Shown: one piece after another, positions 29,330-39,910 of the stretch
How the letters are laid out: every line of letters starts with the position of its first letter
Numbering within the stretch: position 1 is the first letter of the stretch
From: Pelagomonas calceolata
Taxonomy: Eukaryota
DNA: 64,000 nt
Assembly (NCBI GenBank): GCA_918797485.1
Contig: CAKKNE010000001.1
Location: 930,001-994,000, forward strand
Direction of reading: 5' to 3'
Notes under the pieces: generated by a model
What the model was told of the DNA's origin: nothing
Seen by the model: only the letters and a program-made list of their open reading frames with translations
Databases searched by the model: none
Made by a program: the position numbers and the translations under genes

Positions 29330-31750
29330 TCAAGTTACCTCCTCCCCCCGCCACCCGTTCGGCGCCAACACTTTGATCGCCCGTTCACATTGCTTCTGGC
29401 AATGCTCATCACTCATGAAATTCCCGACGGCCTCCTGGACCTTCTCGTAGGCGCCCTGCTCCGCGGCCAACAAAGCCGCGAACTCGCACCGGTAGCAGTA
29501 GTTGTAGAGGCAGTCGCACGCCGCCGAGCAGACCGTCGCGCTTTCATCACAAAAGGCGAGGACTACTAAACAAGATTTGATCGCCTCCTCCGCGAAGTCC
29601 TCCCGCCGTTTCGGGTCCGCCGCGAAGACCCCAAACAGCCGGCACCCGTTCATCGCCGTGTCCCGCGCCCACCGCGTGGCCGTGTGCACCGTTATTTTTT
29701 CTTGGCCGTCGACTGTCGTTATGAGATGCTCCTTCGATTCCTTCTTGAGGTTGTTCAACGCGTTCACGACGAGCCGCTGCCACTCCTCCTTTAAGATCAC
29801 CTCTCGTGTCGCGTAATTTTGGGCGAGCTGGACCAAGGCCCCCGTAGCCGCCGCAACTAATGGCTCATTTTTCGGATACCTTGTTAACGTCTTCAAGGTC
29901 TGCAGCACACACGCGGAAGCTTCTTTCGTCGCCAGGCCCATCTCGCTCTCCCGCAACTCCATCTTCGCGATGCTCATCAGACAGAAGTACAACACCGTCG
30001 GTCTTTTGAGATTTTTCTGCATCAATTTCACGACCTCCGTCGGGCCTTGGGCGCCAGCACCCCTACTAAGCATGTAGGGCTCGACCATGACCTGCGCGGA
30101 GCATCTCCCGTAAGAAACCACCCAGCGCCTTCTCTGACCGAGACGAACGGGACGCCGCGCACGCGCCTTCTTCAGGACCATCCCATCAAAACACTGGACC
30201 CAGTCGCCCAGTTTCCACTCGCTGCACTCGATCTCGTCGTTGTCCAAGAACAAGGGTACTTTCTGGTCCACCGAGTGGTGGTTCCGCAACCCTTTCGAGT
30301 CGGGCAGCTTGTTGATCGCGAACCGACACGTCTTGCCCCGGCCCGTCCGCGCGCAGAAAGGGCCTTTGAGCATCAAGGCGGGCTCCATGGGCACGCGCCA
30401 GGCATACCGATCTACTTCGTCGTCATTTTGTGGTGAGACGATTTCACTGTGGTCGTCGTACATGGCTAGGTCTGCCGATTGGTCGGGGCAGTCCTTGTCG
30501 TATGGAATTAAGCCTCGTCGTCTCCTCGTGCCTAGGAGGACGGCGGGGCGGTGCCACTGTGTTGCGTTGACCGTGAGGGCGCTTCTTAACCTCTCATTCT
30601 CGATTTGAGGGCAGAGCGCGCTTACAAGATATATCTCCTTCTCATCACATCTGGTCTCACCTTCCACCAATTCATAGGCGTAGAACGCCGTCTCCTCGTC
30701 GAGTTTTTTCACATACAGTGAAATGGCCCTCTCGCAGGCTCGGGCCCAGGCCTGGCCTCGCCGGACCGCGGCCTGGACGATCAAGGCGGCGCGCTCCTCT
30801 TCATACTCAACCATTTGCGTGGACGGCGTCCTAGGGCGCCTTTCGGGCGGCGCCGCGACGATGGACGAGCTCTCGTAGGGCCTCACCCACAAGACCTGCC
30901 TATAGTCGGCCTCGAAGACGGCTCCATCCTCAGCAATGGCGTAGACGCACTCGCCCGTGGCCTCGTCGTAGGCGTAGGGCTCCTGGCGCACGGTGTCGAA
31001 GTAGCCGGTGTAGGCGTCGGGGCACCTTGGACCGAGCTCGACTTGCTGCGGCTCCTCCGAGTACGTCGAGAGCCGCTGCTCCGTCGAGGCTTCAAGCTGC
31101 GGCTCTTCTCTAGCATATTCGGAGGGGTCGGCGGTGTACGCCGCACTATAAACGCTCGCGTCGCCGCCGAACGCAGAGGGCTCCTCGGCGACGGGCGCGG
31201 TGTAGATCGTTTCGTGGCCGTAGCCTTCCGTGTATTGGCCCTCCTCGGGGATCGCTTCCGTGTAGACGGACTGGTCGTAGTGCTCGTAGCCAGACTGGTC
31301 GCCACCTTCGTACTGACTGGCGTGGTATTGCGTGCCGTCGTCGTACGTGTATTGGGTGCCGTCATCATACCCCGAGGCATACTGCGACTGGTCATAGTGG
31401 CTCTGCTCGTAGGCCGCCGTGTCGTAATTTGTCGAATCCCACTGAGATGTATCCCAGCCGCCCTGCGCGTTGCTCCACCGCCCCGCATCATAGGGCTTCT
31501 CGTCCGCGTACTTCGCCTCCTCGGCGGCCTTGGCCTCGGCGGCCGCCGCTAGACGTTCCTGGCGCTCCTTGATGCGTTTTTCTTGCCGCTGGACGTAGTT
31601 CAGTTTTGGCTCGTCCGACTTCTCTTCACCTTTCGCTTCTGCTACGGGCGGCGCTACTTTCTCCTTGAGCTTCGCGAAGAGCTCGTCGCTGGCCTTGCTG
31701 TCGGCGGGAGCCGGCGCCGCTGCTCGTTCCGCCTTGGCCTCGGCTCCCAT
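29330..31750 (-). CDS. IQ-like motif and armadillo-like repeat protein; probable in-frame GC-AG intron 30092-30166
   Basis: AALIVQAAVRRGQA; helical C-terminus; AAG|GCGCGT...CGCAG|GTC. Confidence 0.7.
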   Translation of the reverse strand: MGAEAKAERAAAPAPADSKASDELFAKLKEKVAPPVAEAKGEEKSDEPKLNYVQRQEKRIKERQERLAAAAEAKAAEEAKYADEKPYDAGRWSNAQGGWDTSQWDSTNYDTAAYEQSHYDQSQYASGYDDGTQYTYDDGTQYHASQYEGGDQSGYEHYDQSVYTEAIPEEGQYTEGYGHETIYTAPVAEEPSAFGGDASVYSAAYTADPSEYAREEPQLEASTEQRLSTYSEEPQQVELGPRCPDAYTGYFDTVRQEPYAYDEATGECVYAIAEDGAVFEADYRQVLWVRPYESSSIVAAPPERRPRTPSTQMVEYEEERAALIVQAAVRRGQAWARACERAISLYVKKLDEETAFYAYELVEGETRCDEKEIYLVSALCPQIENERLRSALTVNATQWHRPAVLLGTRRRRGLIPYDKDCPDQSADLAMYDDHSEIVSPQNDDEVDRYAWRVPMEPALMLKGPFCARTGRGKTCRFAINKLPDSKGLRNHHSVDQKVPLFLDNDEIECSEWKLGDWVQCFDGMVLKKARARRPVRLGQRRRWVVSYGRCSAQVMVEPYMLSRGAGAQGPTEVVKLMQKNLKRPTVLYFCLMSIAKMELRESEMGLATKEASACVLQTLKTLTRYPKNEPLVAAATGALVQLAQNYATREVILKEEWQRLVVNALNNLKKESKEHLITTVDGQEKITVHTATRWARDTAMNGCRLFGVFAADPKRREDFAEEAIKSCLVVLAFCDESATVCSAACDCLYNYCYRCEFAALLAAEQGAYEKVQEAVGNFMSDEHCQKQCERAIKVLAPNGWRGEEVT

Positions 31751-31903
31751 TGGTCTTGTTATGGGGTCATCGTCGTCGCATAGCTGGTTTGTGGCTTCGA
31801 TCGCTGCCCACGACGATGAGGAGTCCTACGGCCCAGTCCTTTGCTCGGAAGCTGAGGAACTGAGCGCAGCAGGGGCTGCCCTTTGCCAACGCCGGCCTGC
31901 TTG

Positions 31904-31925
31904 TTGCTAGTGTCTTACTGCTAGC
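31904..31925. promoter_or_regulatory. Conserved CTAG element
   Basis: ttgctagtgtcttactgctagc. Confidence 0.55.
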
Positions 31926-31965
31926 CCACGCGGGATTTTCCTACGCACACTTACACACAAAAAAA

Positions 31966-33000
31966 TCAGGAGGACGGCGGCCCGGGGCACCCCGACGCCG
32001 CCGTCCAGAGCGGCGCGGCGAAGCCGTGGATCGCCGGCGCCGCGCCCATTGATGCACTGGCCGCGAAGGGCACCTGGACGTAGGCGCCGCGGCAGACCTC
32101 CCCGACGAGGAAGGCGAGCGCGTGGCCTTCGAGGCGCGCGGACGCGAAGCGCTTCACTAAATCCGCGGCGCCGGCGCCGTTCAGCGCGGCTTTAATCGCT
32201 GGATCCGCGGCAACGTCGACGGCGTCGCGCTTCGCCACCGCCGCGTAGCTCCCTCCAACAGATTCGGGCCGTTCCAAATGTAGATCGATGTTCACGGACC
32301 CGGCGCGCACGCCGGCGCGGAACAAGGCACACCCCAGGCGGCACTCGGCGCAGTGCGTCTGGTGGCAGTCCGTTGTTTGTGAATGCCGCGCGGGCCACTC
32401 GCTTCCGAAAAAATACGCGTCGGCGGCTTTACGACCCATGAGCGCCCAGCCGTCGTCGACGCAGACGCCCCGCGTCTCCGCGTCTCGGACGACGCCGCGG
32501 GAGCAGGCGCCCTCACCCCCGCCGATGGCCGGCGCCCAGGCCACGTTTTTTGCAAGGGGCCACTCGCCATACGGTGGTAAATGCGTCCGGTACGTCGCGT
32601 CCGGTCGGAGGCGCAACACCCAGGTGTAGTTCCTCCTTAAAAACCGCTCCCGCGCCACGATGGCCCCGTGGCACACGGAGAGCGACTCCTCGATGCCGCG
32701 CGAACGCAGCGCCACGTCGTAGACCGGCCGCCACAGCGTTCGAGCCTCCTCCTTTATATGAGTGTCGCTCGCCTGGCCAGCTCGCACGCCCGCGCGCCCC
32801 GCCGTCGCATCATCGAGAACAAAGAAGACGTCCGCCTCGGAAACAATCGGCCAGATCATATGCGACCAGATGTTGCGGTGCACCCTATCGATAGCGTGGA
32901 AGGCGCGCGCGAGGCCCGTGACGCAGACGGCGACGGGCTTCTGGGGCGGCGCCTTGGCGGCGTGGGCTGCCGCCAGCACCATCAGGTAGTGGTGGCGCAT
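31966..33000 (-). CDS. Secreted hypothetical protein, possibly glycosyltransferase-like
   Basis: Signal peptide; VAVCVTGLAR, YTWVLRLRPD. Confidence 0.6.
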   Translation of the reverse strand: MRHHYLMVLAAAHAAKAPPQKPVAVCVTGLARAFHAIDRVHRNIWSHMIWPIVSEADVFFVLDDATAGRAGVRAGQASDTHIKEEARTLWRPVYDVALRSRGIEESLSVCHGAIVARERFLRRNYTWVLRLRPDATYRTHLPPYGEWPLAKNVAWAPAIGGGEGACSRGVVRDAETRGVCVDDGWALMGRKAADAYFFGSEWPARHSQTTDCHQTHCAECRLGCALFRAGVRAGSVNIDLHLERPESVGGSYAAVAKRDAVDVAADPAIKAALNGAGAADLVKRFASARLEGHALAFLVGEVCRGAYVQVPFAASASMGAAPAIHGFAAPLWTAASGCPGPPSS

Positions 33001-33403
33001 GCTTGCGCCGGCGGGCGCGAAGGGCTGCCCTCCTCACCCTTTCTGCACCGCTACCGGCCGTTTGGCGAACGCTGCGGTTGACTGCGCCGCTCTAGGCGCA
33101 GCTCAGCAAGCTGAATTCAACAGTGCGAGGCGCTCTGCTTGGAGCAATTCGGCTGCCCATTGAACAGGCCCGGGGCAGCTGCCCGAAGCGCATCGCTGCG
33201 CGGGGATCGCTATCGCCCCGACCGCGCATCGCTGCGCATTGAACGCCCCGCGGCGAGAGCGCGCGCCGCGGAGGTGTGGTAGCAGTGCCAGAGCAACACC
33301 GCCAGCCTCCCGTGCTGCGCCGCGAGGGAGCGGCGGGCCGTCGGACGGTGAGCCGCCCGGACGTCGACGAGGCCCCGATACGCCATCGGCGCGCGCGACA
33401 AGG

Positions 33404-33841
33404 ATGGACGCCTCGGGCCTCTCCGTCGCGTCGGCGGCGACGGCCGACGCCATGGAGAGCGATTTGGACGTGAGCGGCCACAACTTGACTGCGGCCATCG
33501 CACCGCCGAGCGCCACCGTCCCGCCCCAGCAGACGCTCGAAGATCTCGAGGCGAAGCGCAAGAAGCGCCTCGAGCTGAACCGCAAGGCGGCCCAGGAATC
33601 TAGACGAAGGAAGAAGATGAAGGTCGAGGAGCTGCAGCGAAACGTCGCGGCGCTCACGCGAGAGAACGAGCAACTCCAAGCCGAGCACGACCGCCTCACG
33701 GAAGAATTGCGACGGGACGACCCCGAGACGAGCGGCGAGGTCGACGCCTTCCAGGCCCAGAACGCGGCGCTGCGCTTAGCGATTTACGAGGAAATTGAAC
33801 GGCTGGTCGGCGCGATGCCGCCTTCAGCAGCTGGAGAGTAG
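33404..33841 (+). CDS. bZIP transcription factor
   Basis: KRKKRLELNRKAAQESRRRKK followed by a leucine heptad. Confidence 0.9.
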   Translation: MDASGLSVASAATADAMESDLDVSGHNLTAAIAPPSATVPPQQTLEDLEAKRKKRLELNRKAAQESRRRKKMKVEELQRNVAALTRENEQLQAEHDRLTEELRRDDPETSGEVDAFQAQNAALRLAIYEEIERLVGAMPPSAAGE

Positions 33842-33911
33842 CGCCGACTCTTGTACATACGCCCCTACCCCGCTGTTCTACTGCTCCGTAAGCTCGACTT
33901 ATGTCTAATCA

Positions 33912-34496
33912 CTAGTTCCCCATGATGAGGATCATCCACGCGAGGAACGCGTAGAAGCCGAAGACGGGGTAGATGGCCAGCGCGCGCCGCTTCGCCTCGA
34001 TGATCTCGCTGAAGAAGACGACTGACACGCGCGTCGACCAGGCGAAGCACGTCCCTACGACCGCGAGTCGCAGGAGGAAACTTCTCGTGAGCGCGTGGAG
34101 CAATAAACAGGCGAACGCGCCGCAGTCCAGGGGAAAGATCGAGTAGCCCAGCACACACACGCTCTGGAAGAAGCTGATGCGGCCGCCGAGCAGTTGCGCG
34201 TTTAGCGTGACGATCGCGGCGCCCGCCCAGACGACGACGAACACCGCGGCGAAGACCAGTGCGCGCTGCGACTCCGGCGCGCCCGCTGACAGGGCTATTG
34301 ATAACGTCAAACACACGGCCAGCGGCCCCCACAGGTCCCACTCCTTCAGGCGGTCCAATACCCCATGCTGCGACGCGCGCGGGAGCAGGACCAGTTTCAG
34401 TTTCGCGCCGACTTCCCGCAGATCCCTCCGGATCGTTTCGGAGACGGGTTCGTCCAGCGTCGTCTCGACGGGGGACCAGTCGTCCATACCGGCCAT
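33912..34496 (-). CDS. YIPF6: Yip1-domain protein
   Basis: TLDEPVSETIRRDL, LKEWDLWGPL, ISFFQSVCVLGY, RRALAIYP. Confidence 0.9.
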   Translation of the reverse strand: MAGMDDWSPVETTLDEPVSETIRRDLREVGAKLKLVLLPRASQHGVLDRLKEWDLWGPLAVCLTLSIALSAGAPESQRALVFAAVFVVVWAGAAIVTLNAQLLGGRISFFQSVCVLGYSIFPLDCGAFACLLLHALTRSFLLRLAVVGTCFAWSTRVSVVFFSEIIEAKRRALAIYPVFGFYAFLAWMILIMGN

Positions 34497-34719
34497 CGTT
34501 TACGGTCGCCGCGGCGTGCTGCGATGGCGTGCCGCGTTTACGGCCGCTGCGACGTGCTGCAATGGCGTGCCGCGGCTGCCAAATGTCTTTGGGAGGTCGG
34601 CGCTTTTCGATGGCCGGGAGCTGGGCAAGGTAGCAGCGCAACTATAGCTGAGGACACAAACGGTTAATTATCCTCGCGTGGTGTGCTGCTCGGCGGTTTA
34701 TCCTCGACACTTTTTTTGG

Positions 34720-34745
34720 GCTTGCTAGTGTCTTACAATGCTAGC
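34720..34745. promoter_or_regulatory. Conserved CTAG element
   Basis: gcttgctagtgtcttacaatgctagc in a divergent intergenic region. Confidence 0.55.
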
Positions 34746-35144
34746 TAACGCATCTCCGAGCTTTGCGAGTGTCGCAAGCGAGGTCGCTATCTCTGCGGCG
34801 GGGCGGTTCAGTGGACTTGCTCCGATACTCACGTCGGCCTGCAACCGATAACAACCTCCATCTGATCCTTTGAGGCTGAAGTTTCAAGGAGGAAACCTTA
34901 GAGATATGACGTCGCCGCCGGTACGCGAAGGCCCGCACGAGAAAGGATATATGAGCGCTCTAGCCCAGCATGTCAAGCTCTACGGCTCGGTACGGCCCCA
35001 GCGCACAAAAAAAAATTGCACCAGTGGACTCACGCCGCGCGCCGCAGGTCGACGAAACAACCCTCCACCTCGTCGCCTTCCCGCCGGGCATGACGACGAA
35101 GCCCCACGACTCGGCGCGCGTTATGGAGGAGCTCGCGCCCGCGT

Positions 35145-35963
35145 ATGGCCTGCGCTACGCGGCCCTGCCTCCGCCGCGAAAGTGGTGCCTCGATCGAGGG
35201 CTCCATCGTACTGATCACCGGCGCGAACCGCGGAATCGGCAAAGCACTCGTGGACGCGTTCCTCAAGCATGGAGCGAAGAAGATTTATGCCGCCGTGCGA
35301 GACATTACACGCTACCGCGCCTTCTCAAACGAAGAAAACGACGAGACGATCATCCCAGTGTATATCGATCTGTCGAAACCGGACTCGATCGCGGCGGCAG
35401 CTGAGCTTTCTCAGGACGTGACAATTGTGATCAACAACGCGGGCGTCCTGTCGAAGACCTCCGCGCTCGACGGGAACGCCGTCGAGGCGCTGAAGAGCGA
35501 CATGGACGTGAACGTCTACGGTCTGATGGCCATGGCGCAGGCCTACGCACCGATCCTGAAGACGAACGTCGCGCGCGGATCGAAAACTGCCTTCGTCCAG
35601 CTCAACTCGGTGGCGTCCTTCGGCCCGGCCTTCCGGTGCTCCGGAAAGGATTTCGCGACGTATTCCGCGACCAAGGCGGCCGCCTACTCGATCACGCGGG
35701 CGTTGGCCCAAGAACTCGCGCCGCACGACGTGCGCGTCCTGTCGGTCCACCCGGGACCGGTCCGCACGGAGATGTTGCCGGAGCGGCTCCACGCGCTAGC
35801 CGAGGCGCCGTCCGCCGTCGCGGAGGAAGTGATCCGGGCGCTGGCGGACGGGACGCCCCTGCACGTCTTCCCCGACCCCCACTCCAAGCAGCTCGCGACG
35901 ATCATGCGGCCGTTCCTCACCAAGGTCGTCGAGGGCGGCGACGTCTACAACCAGGGTAAGTAG
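35145..35963 (+). CDS. Short-chain dehydrogenase/reductase
   Basis: LITGANRGIG, INNAG, YSATKAA, SVHPGPVRTEM; start uncertain. Confidence 0.88.
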   Translation: MACATRPCLRRESGASIEGSIVLITGANRGIGKALVDAFLKHGAKKIYAAVRDITRYRAFSNEENDETIIPVYIDLSKPDSIAAAAELSQDVTIVINNAGVLSKTSALDGNAVEALKSDMDVNVYGLMAMAQAYAPILKTNVARGSKTAFVQLNSVASFGPAFRCSGKDFATYSATKAAAYSITRALAQELAPHDVRVLSVHPGPVRTEMLPERLHALAEAPSAVAEEVIRALADGTPLHVFPDPHSKQLATIMRPFLTKVVEGGDVYNQGK

Positions 35964-35968
35964 GACTA

Positions 35969-37538
35969 TTAGACAAAACCTCCTCCCTCACCGAACCACC
36001 CCGCTGCGCCGAGGCCACTCCGGTCGCCGCGTGCGATGGACGTCTGGCGCTCCGCCGATGGCACAGAAGTCTGCGCCGCGCTCCGGTTGTCCGGCGCGAC
36101 GCGCGGTGGTAATGCCACATCATCCCACGCCAGGTCGGCAAACACGGGCGCGTGATCGGACCTGTGTGGAAATCAACCAGTGGCGTCGGGTGCACCGACA
36201 ATTCTTCACTAAGTCATTTCTCGGCGATGCCGCGGCCGTCCTGGCTTGGTCGAGCGGTGAGGAACCGGCATCGCCACGCCATCGAGCAGGCGTCGCGTCG
36301 ATGGCGTGGAGGTCGACGCGATGATTCAGAACGAACGCGCCGTAAAACTTTGATTTCCACACAGGATCGGACAACGCCGACGGCACGCAGTCGTACGCTT
36401 TACAGGAGACGGCGTCGCCCCTCCATATAACCCGGTCGCACCACGCCGGCCGCCTATTTTGTTTATACCGCAAGGCGTCCTCGTCGTTCCTGATTAACTT
36501 ATAGGTCGGCGGGAACGCTAGATCCGCCTCCCTAAACCCCTCGAAGGCGTCTCCACTATCAATGGCATCGATTAATTGATCCCGCGACCGCAGCGTGTCC
36601 CAGTCCTCTTTCTCGATAGCATCGACGACGTCCCGCCAAATGTCCTCTTTGGGCGTCGCCGCCTTCTCCGGGCTACCCCCCGCTACCAGTTTTTCGGCGC
36701 CGGCCGTCGCGCCCGCGCCGACGGCCGCGCCACCCGCCACCGCCGCGCCGACGCCAACGACAGCCACACCCACGCCCGTCGCCACGGCCGCGGCGCCGCC
36801 CACCACCGCGCCCGCTACGACCGAGGCTCGCCTCGCGAAGGAAGGCGAGGGCGGCGGCGGCGCGTCGCCCTCATCTCCAAGCCGGTAGTTCAAATCGCCC
36901 TGCCAGATGACGACGTCCGCGTCTAGTACACCAAAACCCTCCGAGGGCACGGGGCCTATCAGCTGCCACAGTCTTGAGCCTCTTATAGCGTCGCCTAACG
37001 CCGAATGTTCCTCGGGAACACACCTCGTATTCACAATTTGCGCGTACTCGGCGTTCCTCGCCGCTACTTGATCCAAATCGGAAGCCATGTGCGCGTGGAC
37101 GACGTGGAAATATGTGGATTTGCACGGCGTCATTCGCATCACGACCGCACCTTTATTGCCGAGTGCGCCTCCTAGACTTCCGGTGGCGATGGTCGATACG
37201 TCCACACCTACCAAAGTATCGGGCTTGGCGAAGACGAAGAGGGCCACGCCCACGAGGCCGCCGGACGTGATCTCGGTGTAGGCATCACCCAACGCGTTTC
37301 GGCATTTGACGCGCCAGCTTTCTACCCTTCTCGTGCGGAAGACGCTGTCCGTTTTTATGGAATCTCTGAGTACCGTTCCTGGGTCCAGATCGACGACCTC
37401 CACCAGTCCACAGCAGACGACGTCCGCGTCCGTGGCGGTGAGTTGTGCCAGTATGCTATCGAGCCGCTCGGCGTCTTTCGCTTCTAAATGTTCTACATCT
37501 AGGCCGCAGACATTCCAGGTGAAGGTGCGGAGCTTCAT
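35969..37538 (-). CDS. Inositol polyphosphate 5-phosphatase; 211-bp introner intron 36162-36372
   Basis: TWNV, GNKGAV, WQGDLNYR, FPPTYK, PAWCDRVIW; splicing restores catalytic SDHAPV. Confidence 0.92.
36162..36364 (-). mobile_element. Introner element (203 bp), perfect 15-bp TIR, 8-bp TSD GATCGGAC
   Basis: ctgtgtggaaatcaa 36162-36176 / ttgatttccacacag 36350-36364; TSD copies at 36154-36161 and 36365-36372. Confidence 0.95.
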
Positions 37539-37760
37539 TTCTTTTGTGTTTTTGCTATCTCGTAGCTCCGCCTCGCAGTGGAATGGGCGTTTTCCTGTGC
37601 AGCACAAAAAGCCTCTCTGAAGGCTGCGAGGCTGGGGAGCGTCGGACGCCCGTTGCTTTGGCGGATGGTCGAGCAAGCGTCGACAGCGTATATTTTAGGC
37701 AGAGCTCGATGGCTATATGGCTTTGGGCTTGTCTTTTAGAGCCGCGTCCGGCCCGCCTGG

Positions 37761-37789
37761 GCTTGCTAGTGTCTTTACATGCCGCTAGC
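37761..37789. promoter_or_regulatory. Conserved CTAG element
   Basis: gcttgctagtgtctttacatgccgctagc in a divergent intergenic region. Confidence 0.55.
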
Positions 37790-38103
37790 TCGAGCCGAAC
37801 GATACAAAGCTTTTCTATGGTCTGTTTGAGCTCTCACGACAACTAAAGGAGATCGTGAGGAGGTTTGGTTCGGAGCCTCGAAAACATGGTCAAGCTCTGC
37901 GGTCACTGCTTGAGTGCTTGATATCGCCCGTGCTACGGGCGTTTTCGCGACGATTTTCCGCACCTAAAGGACGCCGCGACCGACAGAAGTATCGCTAAAA
38001 CGCGATCTGTGACACCAAGCCTTCACTTTTGGAATCACACTGAGCTCAGGGCGATATGGATCCGGAAGGCCGCGGGAGGCCCGGGAGACGGCCAGCGACG
38101 ACA

Positions 38104-39756
38104 ATGCTGGCGCTGTTCTTCCTATTCAGGGCTGCCGCGGGCCTGGCCCCGGCGCCCAGCACCACCTCGCGCACCTATCTGGGCTCCCTGAGCACTCCCG
38201 CCACAGCTGACGCCGAGGCCGCCGAGGCGCGCACCGCGCCCGCCGAGGCCGCCGCCGCCCCCGCGCGGCGGCGCCGGCCCCTGGGCCGCGCCGCCGAGGC
38301 GCTGCGCGAGAAACGCGCGGCCGAGGCGCCGTATCTTGACGGTCTCGATAGGCGGCAGTGGCTCACCACGACCTTCGCGCGCGAGCGCGGCGAGGCGGGC
38401 CGCTACCTCGCGACGCTGAACGAGCGCGGCGCGGCGAACAAGCTCGACGAGCTGCGGAGCCGCGAGGCGGCGACCACCGATTATTACTTGGAAGGCTTGG
38501 ATCGACGTGGCTGGACGGCGACGGCGTTCAGCCAAGAACTCGCGCGGCGCGAGCGCGAGCGGCGACGGGAATCGTTGACGGTGGCGCGGAAGCCCTCTGT
38601 CGTCTCTCTTGTCGAGGATGCGCCGCCGGTACTCGCCCCTGCCGTGGAGATCTACGCGAGCGACCTGCCCGCGACTGTAGATGTGGCTAGCATCGAGGCC
38701 GCCGCGAGCGCGATCGAGCTCGTCGCCATCACCGACCAAATGAATGATGCGGTAAGTGAGGTCCTGGAAGAGGCCGCCCTCTCGATACCAGAAGACGAGG
38801 AGTCAAGCTTGGCCTGGAAGGGCGCCATGCTCTTCGTGACGGTCGCGTGGGCCACGAACTTCGCCGTGACCGCCTATGCTTGTGCCGACATCTCGGCGAG
38901 TACCAGTTTAGGTGCGTCCGAGGCGGCTGCCGTCTTTGTGGTGTTGCGGTTCGCGGCGGCGGCTCTCTCGACATTACCTTGGTTAATTGCTTCCTCTACC
39001 AAGGAAGCCGCGATAGCCGGCGCGAAAGTAGGTGCGTTGTACGCTGTCGGTTATGGTGCCCAAGCGGCGGCCTTGGCCCACGGCTTTCCCGCGGCGAACG
39101 CGGCGTTCGTCTGTTCCCTACAATGTGTCGCAGTAGCTCTACTAGCCAAAGGGCAAACGCCTCCTCGGACAATAGTAGGGCTGATCCTAGCGATCTCGGG
39201 CGTCGCGTGCTTGGAGTTGTTGGGTGCCAACGGCGGAGACTTCGACCCCGTCGGTTTAGCATTAGCGTTGGGCCAGCCGTTAGCTTTTGGGGCCTCGTAC
39301 GTCGAGCTCGAGCGGGCGACGCGGGATCACCCCGACGACGCCTTGGCGATGACGGCGCTGCAATGTTTAGCTATCTTCGGTGCGGGTGTGGGGGCCTTGG
39401 CGGCCATGGAGGGTTTCGATGGTGCTTTGAGTGATGTGCTGGCCACCGTAAATCACTTGGACGCGCCTTTAGCAGCTTCCGTAGCATGGACTGGAGTGAT
39501 CAGTACATCATTTACGATCTGGCTGTGCACGGAGGCGTTCAAGCACCTGCCTTCAGTCGATGCGTCGTTGATCTTGACGTCGGAGCCGCTCTGGGCGGCG
39601 CTCGTGGCCGCGGCTCTGTTAGGCGAGCGGTTCTCGGCCGGCGACGCGTTAGGTGGATTGCTCATCGTGCTCGCCGTGGCGGTGAACGACGAGCTCATCC
39701 GCGTGCCAGGCCGCATGTGCCTCGCGCCGCACTGCGTCGTCGAGGAAGACGAGTGA
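38104..39756 (+). CDS. EamA/DMT-family transporter with N-terminal extension
   Basis: About 10 TMs; WATNF, LRFAAAAL, ANAAFVCSL, ASLILTSEPLWAAL; signal/transit-like N-terminus. Confidence 0.85.
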   Translation: MLALFFLFRAAAGLAPAPSTTSRTYLGSLSTPATADAEAAEARTAPAEAAAAPARRRRPLGRAAEALREKRAAEAPYLDGLDRRQWLTTTFARERGEAGRYLATLNERGAANKLDELRSREAATTDYYLEGLDRRGWTATAFSQELARRERERRRESLTVARKPSVVSLVEDAPPVLAPAVEIYASDLPATVDVASIEAAASAIELVAITDQMNDAVSEVLEEAALSIPEDEESSLAWKGAMLFVTVAWATNFAVTAYACADISASTSLGASEAAAVFVVLRFAAAALSTLPWLIASSTKEAAIAGAKVGALYAVGYGAQAAALAHGFPAANAAFVCSLQCVAVALLAKGQTPPRTIVGLILAISGVACLELLGANGGDFDPVGLALALGQPLAFGASYVELERATRDHPDDALAMTALQCLAIFGAGVGALAAMEGFDGALSDVLATVNHLDAPLAASVAWTGVISTSFTIWLCTEAFKHLPSVDASLILTSEPLWAALVAAALLGERFSAGDALGGLLIVLAVAVNDELIRVPGRMCLAPHCVVEEDE

Positions 39757-39910
39757 GGTTCCGTTCCGTGAGCCGCCCTCCGCGGCTTGATTCCATTCGT
39801 GCCGGCGCCCGCAAGGGCGCGGCTTCGTGTACCGTAATGTGCGTTTTTACGATATAGCTTTCGCCGGGGGCCTACGACTGCGAGATAGATGTTGTTACAC
39901 AGAGCGAGGA

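Noticed and set aside
36120..36372. Shared peptide VWKS.. in three unrelated ORF ends suggesting a novel domain
   Set aside because: It is the translated introner TIR, not protein
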